Origin: Octopus vulgaris
Lineage: Eukaryota
Assembly (NCBI GenBank): GCA_951406725.2
Contig: OX597814.1
Location: 197,408,001 to 197,472,000 of the forward strand
Reading direction: 5' to 3'
Length of the DNA stretch: 64,000 bases
The position numbers and the translations under genes are program-made. Below are positions 52,188-64,000 of the stretch, one piece after another; the stretch's first letter is position 1, and each line of letters begins with the position of its first letter. A model generated the notes under the pieces. That model did not search any database. It was not told the origin of the DNA and saw nothing but the letters and a program-made list of their open reading frames with translations.

Positions 52188-52643
52188 ACATGCATAAGAT
52201 CTGGTCATCAAATCTAAGTAGAGACTTCAAACTTGAAATCTTCAAAGCCACAGTCGAACCAATTCTACTATATGGCTCAGAAACCTGGACGTTATCAAAG
52301 AAGCTTGAGAGGCGGTTGGATGGAACCTACACTCGCCTCCTTATGAGAGCTCAAAATCTCTCGTGGAAGCGCCATCCAACCAAAATGCAAATATATGGGA
52401 AATTACCACCCGTGTCATCTCTTGTGAAAGGTAGGAGAGTCCAGTTTGCTGGACATTGTTGTAGAGCTGAAAAAGAAGTAATTTCTACTCTTCTCCTCTG
52501 GAAGCCATCTACTCGCAATACCAGAGGGCGCACACTCTCCTACCCTGATGTAATCTCCAGGGATACAGGCATCCAGCAACAGGACCTCCGTAATGCTATG
52601 ATGGACCGTGAAGTCTGGCGTAGCATGGTAAATTCCATTGTCG
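52188..52643 (+). mobile_element. RTE-clade LINE fragment (post-RT region, uninterrupted frame)
   Basis: KIWSSNLSRDFKLEIFKATVEPILLYGSETWTLSK..RRVQFAGHC..MMDREVWR. Confidence 0.9.
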
Positions 52644-52777
52644 AGAAAAAACAATGTTCACCCGTGTGGTGGAAATGTTACAGCGATATACAATGGAATT
52701 TGTGTTTTTCGATCCAGTCTTCTATGTTCTGAGTTCTGATACAAGTGTGGGGGATTCGACTGGGTCGGCTGACATAA

Positions 52778-52998
52778 AGGCAGCGATCTGAAAAGAAACA
52801 AGGAAGGGGAAGGAATATTCTTCAAGAATATTCATCTGTCTTTACGTCCTGAGTTCAAATTCCGCCAAGGTCAACTTTGCCTTTCATCCTTTCGGGGTCG
52901 ACAAATTAAGTACCAGCTGTGTACTGGGATCGATCTAATCGGCTGTCACCATCCCCCACTCCCAAATTTGAGGCTTTGTGCCTAGAGTAGAAAAGAAT
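52778..52998 (+). mobile_element. SINE B variant
   Basis: Core match with an alternative 3' end. Confidence 0.75.
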
Positions 52999-53197
52999 AT
53001 ATTCTTCAACAAATTTCTCATGTTAATCAACATGTGTGTATAAGTGTGTGTTGTGTGTGTTGTTAGTGTTTGTTGATTGCATGTTGTGTGTCTGTGTGTT
53101 CGTATGTGAGTGTTTGGTGATTGCATGATGTGTGTATATGCGTGTATAACTATGTGTAGGTATAATAGGTATGTTTTTAATTAACAATCAATTAAAG

Positions 53198-53283
53198 TTA
53201 TTGAGTGACGTAAGGGCCGACAGTTTCGTGCGTTGGCAATCATCAAAGGCAAGAAATTCTCGCCCTCTCAGTCACTCAGTAAC
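53198..53283 (-). ncRNA. Type I hammerhead-like motif with extended stem I
   Basis: Minus strand GCCT-TTGATGA-TTGC(CAAC)GCAC-GAAA-CTG-TC-GGC, enclosed by GTTACTGAGTGAC/GTCACTCAATAAC. Confidence 0.55.
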
Positions 53284-53429
53284 ATCTGGCGATTATTAAA
53301 CATAAAATCGTGTATACTTATGCTTAGAATGCTGTTTTGATACATACATATATTATATATGTCCTTACATATACATACATATATGTATATATGAGTGCGT
53401 ATTTAGTTAGCATATATATATATATACAT

Positions 53430-53486
<57 letters not shown>

Positions 53487-53509
53487 TATATATATGTGTA
53501 TATACATAC

Positions 53510-53877
53510 GGAGGCGCAATGGCCCAGTGGTTAGGGCAGCGGACTCGCTGGTTTCGATTCCCAGACCGGGCGTTGTGAGTGTTTATTGAGCGAAAACACC
53601 TAAAGCTCCACGAGGCTCCGGCAGGGATGGTGGTGATCCCTGCTGTACTCTTTCACCACAACTTTCTCTCATTCTTACTTCCTGTTTCTGTTGTACCTGT
53701 ATTTCAAGGGGCCGGCCTTGTCACTCACTGTGTCACGCTGAATATCCCCGAGAACTACGTTAAGGGTGCACGTATCTGTGGAGTGCTCAGTCACTTACAC
53801 GTTAATTTCACGAGCAGGCTGTTCCGTTGATTCGGATCAACCGGAACCCTCGTCGTCGTAACCGACGGAGTGCTTCC
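53510..53877 (+). mobile_element. SINE family C
   Basis: Family match. Confidence 0.9.
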
Positions 53878-54410
53878 ATATACATACATACATAAATACA
53901 TATACATATGTTTATATAATATGTGTGTGTGTTATACACTGTTCATATAATATGTGTGTGTTATATACTGTTCATATAATTCGTGTCAAATGATGCCGAG
54001 TTCCTATCTGAGTCCTATATACTTCACGACCTCCAAATACAGAAGACCATAAAAATATTGTGATTGGTAAAACGCCAGCTTTACACCATTATCTGCAAAT
54101 AATTGTACTTAATGTGACATACACTATATTCCCTAAGTGCATGGAATGTCTATGCTTGACTTACTTTTCTCAACAATTTTATAATCAATTATAGAATCCT
54201 TTCCATGCTATAAATTTCACATTACACTCTTCAAGCAAAACATCTTCGGGCTTCCTAACGCATCGTAATAGATTTTTTTTTCTTTTTGTTTTTTGATCTG
54301 ACTTGATATCGTTTTTCCTCCTTGGGTTTTCTTCCCCCCCCCCCCCCCCGCCCACGTTCGTCTGCTTAAACTCCAAACTGATTTGCTTGTATATATTGAA
54401 TCATTACAAT

Positions 54411-54640
54411 GGCGGCGAGTTGGCAGAAACGTTAGCACGCTTCGCGAAATGCGTAGCCGTATTTCGTCTGCCGTTTCGCTCTGAGTTCAAGTTCCGCCGA
54501 GGTCCACTTTGCCTTTCATCCTTTCGAGGTCGATAAATAAAGTACCATTTTCGCACTGGAGTCGATTTAATCGACTTAATACCTATGTCTGTCTTTGTTT
54601 GTCCCCTCTATGTTTAGCCCTTTGTGCGCAGTAAACAAAT
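54411..54640 (+). mobile_element. SINE family B
   Basis: Family match; TATATTGAATCATTAC is repeated on both sides. Confidence 0.9.
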
Positions 54641-54719
54641 ATATATTGAATCATTACGTTTTAGGACTAAATTATTAGTTTATATTTTGCTGCTCAAGTT
54701 GTCAGCAAAGATACGTTTG

Positions 54720-55500
54720 TCTCTTTTACATGTCGCAGTCATTGCATTACAGCCATTGCTGAGACACCGTATTCAAGGTTTTAGTTGAACACGGTAACCC
54801 CTATATTTATTTATATTTAGTTCTTCCTAGTTTATCAGGGTCTTTTCCTGAAATGCTATGTTACGTGGCCCTAATCAAACCAGCATCGATTTTCTCTCTG
54901 TGGCATGGGAATAAACACAGCACAAGTACAAGAAAGACATGTACTCACATTCGCATATAAAGATATGCGACGGTATTCCGTAGAGTTTCCTCATTCACTC
55001 GCAAGTCTTTGGCCGGCCCGTGACAATATGTAGACGACATTCGTTCAAGGTGCCGTACATGTGGTTGTAAAAGGAACTTCTTAGCCCTACAGGCATGCGT
55101 GCGCTATATCACACACGCGCACATATAGATATATTACATACGCATTAATATATCGTCGTGGCACTCCGTCGGTTACGACGACGAGGGTTCCAAAGGAACA
55201 GTCTGCTCATGAAATTAACGTGCAAGTGGTTGAACACACCACAAACTCGTGTACCCAAAATGTAGTTCTCGGGGAGATTTAGCGTGGCATAGTGTTACAA
55301 GACATGTACAACAGAAATCGGAAGAAAGAGTGAGAGAAAGTTGTGGTGATAGAGTACAGCATGGTTCACCGCTACCGGTGCCTCGTGGAGCTTTACGTGT
55401 TTTTGCTCAATAAACACTCACAATCCCCGGTCTGGGAATCGAAACCGCGATACTACGACCACGAGCCCGCTGTCCTAACCACTGTGCCATTTCACTTCCA
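54720..55500 (-). mobile_element. Diverged SINE A (54720-55100) and SINE C (55160-55500)
   Basis: Family matches, diverged. Confidence 0.7.
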
Positions 55501-55526
55501 CATCATTAATACACACACACACACAC

Positions 55527-55730
55527 TTTTTATTAAAGCTGCAAAATTATCACAGAACTGTTACCCAGAGTTACACGTTTCTGTTTGTCGGACACTTATG
55601 ATAAATACTCTAGTTTTTTAAAACCGTCTTGTGATAATTTTGCAGCTTCAATAAAAAAGCATATTACTCTACCTTTGTATTCGAATACTATTTTTCCCAC
55701 CTTGTTTCGCACGTATATGCTCGCCGATGT
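55527..55730. mobile_element. Foldback mini-element family 3
   Basis: Arms TTTTATTAAAGCTGCAAAATTATCACA/TGTGATAATTTTGCAGCTTCAATAAAA plus the family tail. Confidence 0.7.
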
Positions 55731-55829
55731 TTTTATTTTTCATTCCCTTCGAAATTTTATCCCTGATAGTGGTTTGGAATTTAACTGTCCTCTCAAGCGT
55801 GCAGGTAGTTTTATGTGCTTAAATGTACA

Positions 55830-55875
<46 letters not shown>

Positions 55876-55958
55876 AATATATAGAATATTGACTAAATTT
55901 TTACCGGCTAGACCACTGGTAATGGATATTTCTAATATTTCTGATTACCCTTTGATAT

Positions 55959-55997
<39 letters not shown>

Positions 55998-56795
55998 GGC
56001 GGGCTGCCACTTCCACACAGTTTCCGTCTACTAAATCCACTCGCATGGCCTGGGGCTATAGAAGAAGACACGTGCAAAGGTGACTGAACCTGAGACCACG
56101 AGTTCGTAAAGCGAGTTTCTTAACTACACAGCTCTACCTGCATCAATACATTTAAAAAAAATTTTTTTTTGGCGTGTGTTTGTGACTTCTGAAACAGTCT
56201 CGACGAAGTGCCTAGCAACAGATGTAGTTATACCTTTCACATCCAATCGCATACGAAGTATACGTAACGATAAAAAACAGTTGTAGTTATCTGCCATCTC
56301 GTCGCAGTTTCTTAGTGGATAATATAATTCTCTTAGTTTTGGCATAAGGCCAGCAGCTTTTGAGGGGAGGGGTAAATCAGTTACGTCGTCCTGTATTTGA
56401 CTGGTACTATATTGACTTTATTAAAGTCAAAATTGACATCGACGGGGATTGAGGGCAAATCGTAAATAGATTATAGAAATGTAGCTACTTTTAGGGGAAG
56501 GGCCAAAACAATTGCGTCGGCTCCGGTCCTTCATTTGTACTTTATTTCATCGTCCCCCAGTAAGTGAAAGACAATATTAACCATGAAAGAACTTGAGACC
56601 AAAACCTAAATAGCCGGAAATAATGCTGCTGTACATTTTCTCCGACTTGCTAACAAACTTGCATTATCGCTGTCTTACAAACACTAACTTCGCCTACAGG
56701 CGGACGAAACGAATTAGTCCCCATGCTGGGAATCGTTCCTGGCTTCCGGGTTAGAAACCATTTACCCTAACCACTAGATAATATAGGTTATGTGT

Positions 56796-57176
56796 GGAGG
56801 CGCAATGGCCCAGTGGTTATGGCAGCGGACTCGCGGTCATAGGATCGCGGTTTCGATTCCCAGACCGGGCGTTGTGAGTGTTTATTGAGCGACAACACCT
56901 AAAGCTCCACGAGGCTTCGGCAGGGGATGGTGGTGATCCCTGCTGTACTCTTTCACCACAACTTTCTCTCACTCTTACTTCCTGTTTCTGTTGTACTTGT
57001 ATTTCAAAGGGCCAGCCTTGTCACTCTCTCTGTCACGCTGATATCCCCGAGAACTACGTTAAGGGTACACGGGTCTGTGGAGTGCTCAGCTACTTACACG
57101 TTAATTTCACGAGCAGGCTGTTCCGTTGATTCGGATCAACCGGATCATTCGTCGTCGTAACCGACGGAGTGCTTCC
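56796..57176 (+). mobile_element. SINE family C, full length
   Basis: tRNA-like head TGGCCCAGTGG..GTTTCGATTCCC; 12-bp TSD ATAGGTTATGTG (56783, 57177). Confidence 0.92.
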
Positions 57177-58165
57177 ATAGGTTATGTGAATTTCATATGC
57201 GTGATACAAAACATCTTGTATCTCGGGAGGGTCATTATGTCGATAATAAACACATACACTTGTGCTGTTTCTCTTTTAGTTGTCAATTCATCAACATTTA
57301 ACCAATTCACTAATCGCTTGTTTGTCTGCCTGTTTCAGGCCGGCCTGAGACGGGCAGACAGACCTCAAGCTGACCTGGAGTAGAGAAGGTACGTCATTGA
57401 TGACGTCACGAACGGCAACGAAAGAACTTCAACAAGCCTTGCTGATAGATTGATTGACGAAGCCGCTAATGAAGCAACCAGTTCCCTTATTGGTCAAATG
57501 TTAATGAATTTACTAATAAAAGAAGTGAAACAGAATCCTTGTATGTGTTTATTATTGACATAACTACCTGAGATACCACAAAATCTGTTTGAATTCACGA
57601 GTTCACATCAGCAACGCTGCAAACTAAATACAAAAACCAAATTAAAACTATATAAAAATACATCTAAGCAGTGTAATAAGATCACTTTTAAGTTTATCTC
57701 TACATGTTTTTTACAGAATTTAGAGGCAGAACTGAAAGTTACGACGTTTCGTATACAAATACACCTATGTAAACAGTGCGATTGCAAACAGTAAATATCT
57801 AATGAGTGTATATACATGTTTTCGGAGTTATTGCTCCTTCTTCAGCACCACATCCAACACATTAACTACTCGCGCGGACATTGCTTAAACATTCCACTAA
57901 GTTTAGTGGTGTAGCACTTTTGGATAGACCAATTTACATACATATTTTCGTATACGAAAAGTTGTAACTTTCAGAGGGCACTCTAAAAACTGTAGGGATA
58001 AATTTAGCACCTAAGTTCTAAAACCCTCTTCATAAGGAGTTAGTCATTTCTGAAACATTGAAACAAAAACATTTTCCCTGTTTTACAAACAAATTAATGA
58101 ATTAAGCAATTATGGTGGTTCTCTGGTCACACACAAACACATACATATATATTATATATATATAT

Positions 58166-58399
58166 TCTTATTTGTTTCAGTCATTTGACTGCGGCCATGC
58201 TGGAGCACCGCCTTTAGTCGACCAAATCGAACCCAGGACTTATTCTTTATAAGCCTAGTATTTAATCTATAGGTCTCTTTTGCGACCCGCTAAGTTACGG
58301 GAATGTAAACACACCAGCATCGGTTGTCAAGCGATGTTGGGTGGACAAACACAGACACACAAACATACACACACACACACACACACACACACCACACAC

Positions 58400-58474
<75 letters not shown>

Positions 58475-58628
58475 TACGACGGGCTTCTTTCAGTTTCTGT
58501 CTACCAAATCCAATCACAAGGCTTTGGTCAGCCCGAGGCTATAGGAGAAGACACTTGCCGAAGGTGCCACGCAGTGGGACTGAACCCGGAACCATGTGGT
58601 TGGTAAGCAAGCTACTTACCACACAGCC
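58166..58628 (-). mobile_element. SINE family A
   Basis: Family match. Confidence 0.9.
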
Positions 58629-59420
58629 GTGCATGCATATATATATTTTATACTATATATATATAATTTATTATATATATGTATATATATATATATGTAT
58701 ATATATACATATACTTAGTTAGGTAGATACACATATACACATATATCAACGTTTGTACCACACAATATTAACTGGGGTTTATCAATGCTTAAAGTCAGGT
58801 CAAAGCATTGGACCGACAGAATCAGTAGCATATCAGACAGAATACTTAGCGGCATTTCTTCCATCTCCTTACGTTCTAAGTTCGAATCGCGGCAAAGTGA
58901 ATCTTGCCATTCATCCTTTTGGTGTCAAAATATATACCAGTCAAGTACAGAGTTTGATGTTACCAAGTTGCTTCCTCTCTTCAAAAATTACTGGCCTTGA
59001 TCCTAGCAAAGGCCCGGCGCGCCATTCGGGAGCAATGCTGCCATATCGGTCACTTATCACCCATGGTGCTCAGATACCTGGGTAACCGGGTAACCAGCTT
59101 AGGGAGATCTGCTGCTCAAGAAAAACACGAAAACCTCAGGCCAACTCTGATTACCCTGTGTGGTAGAGCTGTGAGGTTGTTTTCCTGTGATGGGAATTCA
59201 AGATTACATTAGCTAATGGTCTCATTGTCAAAGGCAGTAGATTGCACTTTGAAGGGTACTTGGCTGCTATTTCTAGCAGATCGTGCGATGACATAGATTC
59301 ACTCGCAGTCTCGTTTTGAGGCTTCCTTATTGCTTCTAGGCAACAGCGTTGTTATTCTTGTTGATGATGATCATGGTCATGACGGAGATGTCGACGACAT
59401 TGATAACTAGTAGGATAAAA

Positions 59421-59650
59421 AGGCGGCGGGCTGACAGAAACGTTAGCACGCTGGGCGAAATGCGTAGCCGTATTTCGTCTGCCGTTGCGTTCTGAGTTCA
59501 AATTCCGCCGAGATCGACTTTGCCTTTCATCCTTTCGGAGTCGATAAATTAAGTACCAGTTACGCACTGGGGTCGATGTAATCGACTTAATCCCTTTGTC
59601 TGTCCTTGTTTGTCCCCTCTATGTTTAGCTCCTTGTGGGATAATAAAGAA
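59421..59650 (+). mobile_element. SINE family B
   Basis: Family match. Confidence 0.9.
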
Positions 59651-61589
59651 GGAAATTATTATGGTGCCGGCACTTATAGATATTGTCACTGATATTGACG
59701 ATATTTTCCAGTAGTTGTGGCCATGTTTGGAATAAAGTTACGCCGTTATTTCTTCTACAGAATCCAATCCATTTCTTCTGCCATTTAGCTTGTATTTATA
59801 CTTGTTATTTTCACTCTTAACATTGTTGGTGGTCATTATTTGGCAATATCGATGTTCTTGCTACTACTACAATTACTAGTACTACAAATAATAATAATAA
59901 TAATACCATCACATTTTCTCCTCCTACCCCTATTTACTCTGCTACAATAGCTACTGGACATAATGCGGCTAGCGTTTCCATGGTAACTGTTGCTATCTCA
60001 CTCGTACATTTCTTCTGTTGTTTCGCAACATTCTTGTTTATAATTATATTGCCATTGTTGTTGTCGTTGTTGCTTCTACATTTTTTTATTATTATTGTTG
60101 TAAATGCTTCTTCTTGTTGTTGGTGTTTTTTTTGTTTTTTTTTGTTAATATTTGTTGTAAGTGTTTGTTTTGTCATCTCGTGAGTTACGTTTCTATTGAT
60201 GCGACTGATCTCCGCTTCATCTTTTGCATTCGTATTAATGCCACGAGGGTTATGCATTAATAGGACTTCAGACGACAAGAGGTCATCACTGGTGTTATTG
60301 TTTTCGTTGGATTTTCCAATCGATAATCGCCACTGAAATGTTTGTTTCTAACAAAAGCTATCCATGTTTTTTAATGTTCAGAGATTCGAGAGTCAGTGAC
60401 ATTTCCAAATGTGCAGTTATTTTATAAGCGCCTTTGGAATTACTGACTGAAAGGAGCAAAAGATTACGTACAAAAATCCTAGATCTTATCAATAAATTTT
60501 GCTTTCATTCTATCCAACAGAAAATCGATCAAGATATATAATCGCCTTGGTTTATTCGTCCATTGAGTATCATCTTTAACCATATTTCTTTTATTTTATT
60601 TCACTTATCATTATTCTTTTGAGGAATAATCTAAACTGAAATACTTTTGCATCTATCTTATGTAGAATCTGTAACCTATGACACCGCCATAATTGGAGTG
60701 TCAGCCAGTGTAGGCTTTGATAGTTTCAATATTAATGAATACCATTACGTCGTGTGAATATGGCGGCGAAAAACGCTCACTTTCGAGTAAAATATTCATC
60801 ATATTCTAATAAACACCTATTTTACTCAAAATCAAAATATTAACAATAAAAGTTACATAAAATACAACAAATGTAAATTTTGTTTCCAGTAATTTATCGC
60901 GCAATAACATCATGAAGGAGGACAAACGTAGAGATTAAAGCAAAAACAGTATCGAAAACAAACAACTTTCTTTGTCTTCTTCATCGATCTGTACTCACAG
61001 ATAAGTATGAGCGGAACACTTATCATCGACAACATATTCTTTAGAAATTACATAAAATAACTATCAATTCTTGGAGAGGACAGAAATGCTAATTTAACAT
61101 CTTGTTATTGAAACTGCTGTTGCTGCTGCTGCATAAAAACCATCCATCTTTATCGTATATATTTTTCGTTTATTTACAATTCACTGGCTTTAAGTCGATA
61201 TACTGTTGCTATATTCTTGACAATTTAAAACTGGGACTCGAAGACAACCATAAATTCCATTTTTTTTTCTGTTTATTCACCAAAATATTGCAGTTCCAGG
61301 ATATCAGTTATTGGACACTAATCTCTGCCATCTATCAGTGTATATACTTTTTTTCCAATATTACACTGAATGACGTATGATAACTACGATAACGCTGTTT
61401 ACTTAAAAACAAACTTCAAACCTTCACATTCAGTTTTTACTTCAGTTTCACTTCACTAAATTTCGCTCAATAAAAAACATCGGATAAAAATCAACCCCAC
61501 TCACATAACTAACAAAAGATTCGGTGCTAGTCCGGGAAAGATACTCCTTAAGCTAACAACAGTCTTAAGAGGTGTTAATGATCCTTTTA

Positions 61590-61805
61590 ACTATAGGCAC
61601 AATCCTGAGAGTTTAGGGTAGGGGCCTTAGCCGATCAGATCGACGCCAGTGCTCAACTACTGTTTATTTTATCGACCTCGAAAGATTAAAAGTAAAAAAA
61701 AAATAAGAATAGACCACGGTGGAATTAGAACTGCGAGCATAACGACGACAGAATGCTGCGACCATTTTGCCCGGCGTGCTAACGAGTCGGCCAGCTCTCC
61801 GTCTT
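61590..61805 (-). mobile_element. SINE B variant (diverged)
   Basis: Family match, diverged. Confidence 0.7.
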
Positions 61806-61961
61806 AGCAGAAGTTAATAATTCAGCGTGGTAAGTAATAGGGACAGGTCTGTAAAATGCACAGATTTGGAGTTTGGGAATGATCAATGGATTATAATGAC
61901 TTCAGAACTTGATTGTGATTTTACTGATTAATTTAGCTTTTCCCTTGAATATATTATTAGC

Positions 61962-61996
<35 letters not shown>

Positions 61997-61997
<1 letters not shown>

Positions 61998-62355
61998 TCT
62001 TTTACTTGTTTCAGTCACTTGACTGCGGCCATGCTGGAGCACCGCCTTTAATCGAGCAACTCGACCCCGGGACTTATTCTTTGTAAGCCCAGTACTTATT
62101 CTATCGGTCTCTTTTGCCGAACCGCTAAGTGATGGGGACGTAAACACACCAGGGGGACAAACACAGACACATAAACACACACACATATATATATGCGACA
62201 GGCGTTTTCAGTTTCCGTCAACCAAATCCACTCACAAGACATTGGTCGGCCCGGGGCTATAGCAGAAGACACTTGCCCAAGATGCCACGCAGTGGGACTG
62301 AACCCGAAACCATGTGGTTGGTTAGCAAGCTACTTACCACACAGCCACTCCTGCG

Positions 62356-62357
<2 letters not shown>
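61997..62357 (-). mobile_element. SINE family A in (TA)n
   Basis: Family match. Confidence 0.9.
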
Positions 62358-62393
<36 letters not shown>

Positions 62394-64000
62394 GAAATGA
62401 GGTACTCAGAAATCTGGATGGTTTTATATTTACAGATATTTATTAGTATGTTACATGTTTTTATACTTCATATATTAGCGCGTTCGTCCATTCTAGTGGA
62501 GTCTTAAAATTTTTTTTAAAGTTTTTGCAGGAATTTTGACCCTTGTTATAGTATTATTGAGTGTGTAGTGGTGGGGAGAGATATAAGATAGTACAAGAGG
62601 GTGAAAGAGAGCATGTGTGTGTATATGTATATATCTTTATATATATATATGCATCCTTATATATGTGTGTGTGTATGCATGTGTGTTTGCGCTTCTATTT
62701 GTCCCTTGCCACCGCTCGACAATGGATGTTGTTTTCTTTGCGTCCCCGTAAATTAGTGATTCGGTAATAGACTTCGATACAGTAATTACAGGACTTAAAT
62801 GGGAAAAAAAATACTGGAGTATTTATTCAACTTAATCCGTCAATGTAGTGCTCCAGTATGGTCGCAGTACAATGACTGTAGCAAGTTAAAAATTAAAAGA
62901 TATGTTCCGTTTACCATTTATGTCGACAGAAATGCATAAAAAAATATTAGAGAGAGACCAACAAGTTCGTTTATGGTCACCAATTTACTGCTGCAGTGAC
63001 TAAAAACTAGAAAGTTCTAACAAGTTAGATGATCCTTCACACTTTTAACTGGAGCTCGCATGGTGTTATAGCCGTAAGTGTAATATCGAAACCACAAAAT
63101 AAAGTGTTATTTCACAGTGACAAAATATTAATATTTTCGCAAACGAACATCGTTCTTTTGATGAGAAATCTTACTTTTATTTCACAGTAAAATATTCCAT
63201 ATAGTCAGTTAATTTCAATTGATTGAATTAGCTAAAATCTAATTTAGAGTACCGCTACTTGTCGACGCTTGGTGTTAACATACATTAACACTCCATGCGG
63301 TGGCTTTTAAACGCGAGAAAACTCATATTCAGCAACCGTTTTTATTTCAAAAGTAGATAAATTCTATAAACTACGCTTTGCATACATTTGTGTGCGCGTG
63401 TGATATTTTATAAAATGGATACGCTGTCTACTGAAATTTAACAGCTATTTGTTATATTGATCTAAGTCCAACATTATATTTTCACTTTATTTTTGCTACC
63501 CAATGCTATATATTATCGTTATTTTTTTTAATATTTTATGTGTGTCTATATATGCGTGTGTGTGTATCTGTGTATATGTACATATCTATATGCATATATA
63601 AGCATAGATATACATGTTTACATATATGTATGTATACATGTTATATATGTATGCATATACATACATATAGAATTATATATACGAACACATACAGGCGTAA
63701 AGATATATGTATGTATGCATGTATGTATGCATGTATGTATGCATGCATGTATGTATATATGTATATATGCATGTATATATGTACGTATGTATGTATAGAT
63801 AATAATAATGATAATAATGATAATAAAAGCCCTTCATGGCTTTTGACCCTAACTGATTGGAAGTGTTATCATGTACATTGTTCTGTCTTGGTATAAAAGA
63901 TGGGCTACAGCAAATATTCTGCTCAATACCACAGATTTGCTTGTCAGTTGCTTGACCTTAACCAGGTGAGCATGTCTATTAGTGTCTGACGATATCTGCA

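Noticed and set aside
51944-52195. 83-aa minus-strand ORF
   Set aside because: No recognisable domain or clear splice sites, and its start lies inside the RTE insertion.
53579-53830. Recurrent peptides such as MFIERKHLK.., RRHLPKVPRSGTEPGTMW.., [18 protein letters not shown]
   Set aside because: Spurious translations of SINE families C, A and B.
56796-56870. tRNA genes at SINE heads (also 1, 37252, 41086, 50184)
   Set aside because: Only A/B boxes are retained, and each continues into a multicopy SINE body.
62470-62512. Decayed hammerhead-like remnants (also 1075-1140 - and 36017-36050 +)
   Set aside because: The context is suggestive but too many core positions are missing to call.
63830-64000. 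Probable additional interspersed repeat at the window end
   Set aside because: Truncated by the window edge and no second copy here to support it.

Overview
AT-rich eukaryotic DNA dominated by microsatellites and transposon remnants. The repeat families resemble those of octopus/cephalopod genomes (inference, no database check). There is no intact long gene; a few small, widely spaced + strand exon candidates exist (best 19136-19186 and 36171-36271). Contents: about 40 copies of 4-5 tRNA-headed SINE families; LINE fragments (RTE, R4/Dong-like, CR1-group); three decayed Tc1/mariner elements and a Tigger-like MITE; three Helitrons. The most striking signal is a Penelope-like (PLE) system. A near-perfect 2.6-kb foldback of a Neptune-type GIY-YIG 3' fragment (21587-24205) sits in a TA-based satellite, alongside several short PLE-like elements, mostly in or beside (TA)n. 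Together they carry about a dozen minimal hammerhead-ribozyme-like motifs, some with compensatory core variants (U3-A8, A3-U8). Also notable: a SINE family forming tandem/inverted multimers with a fixed junction, and a SINE-LINE pair sharing a covarying 3' stem-loop. All calls were made by eye; boundaries of diverged repeats are approximate.
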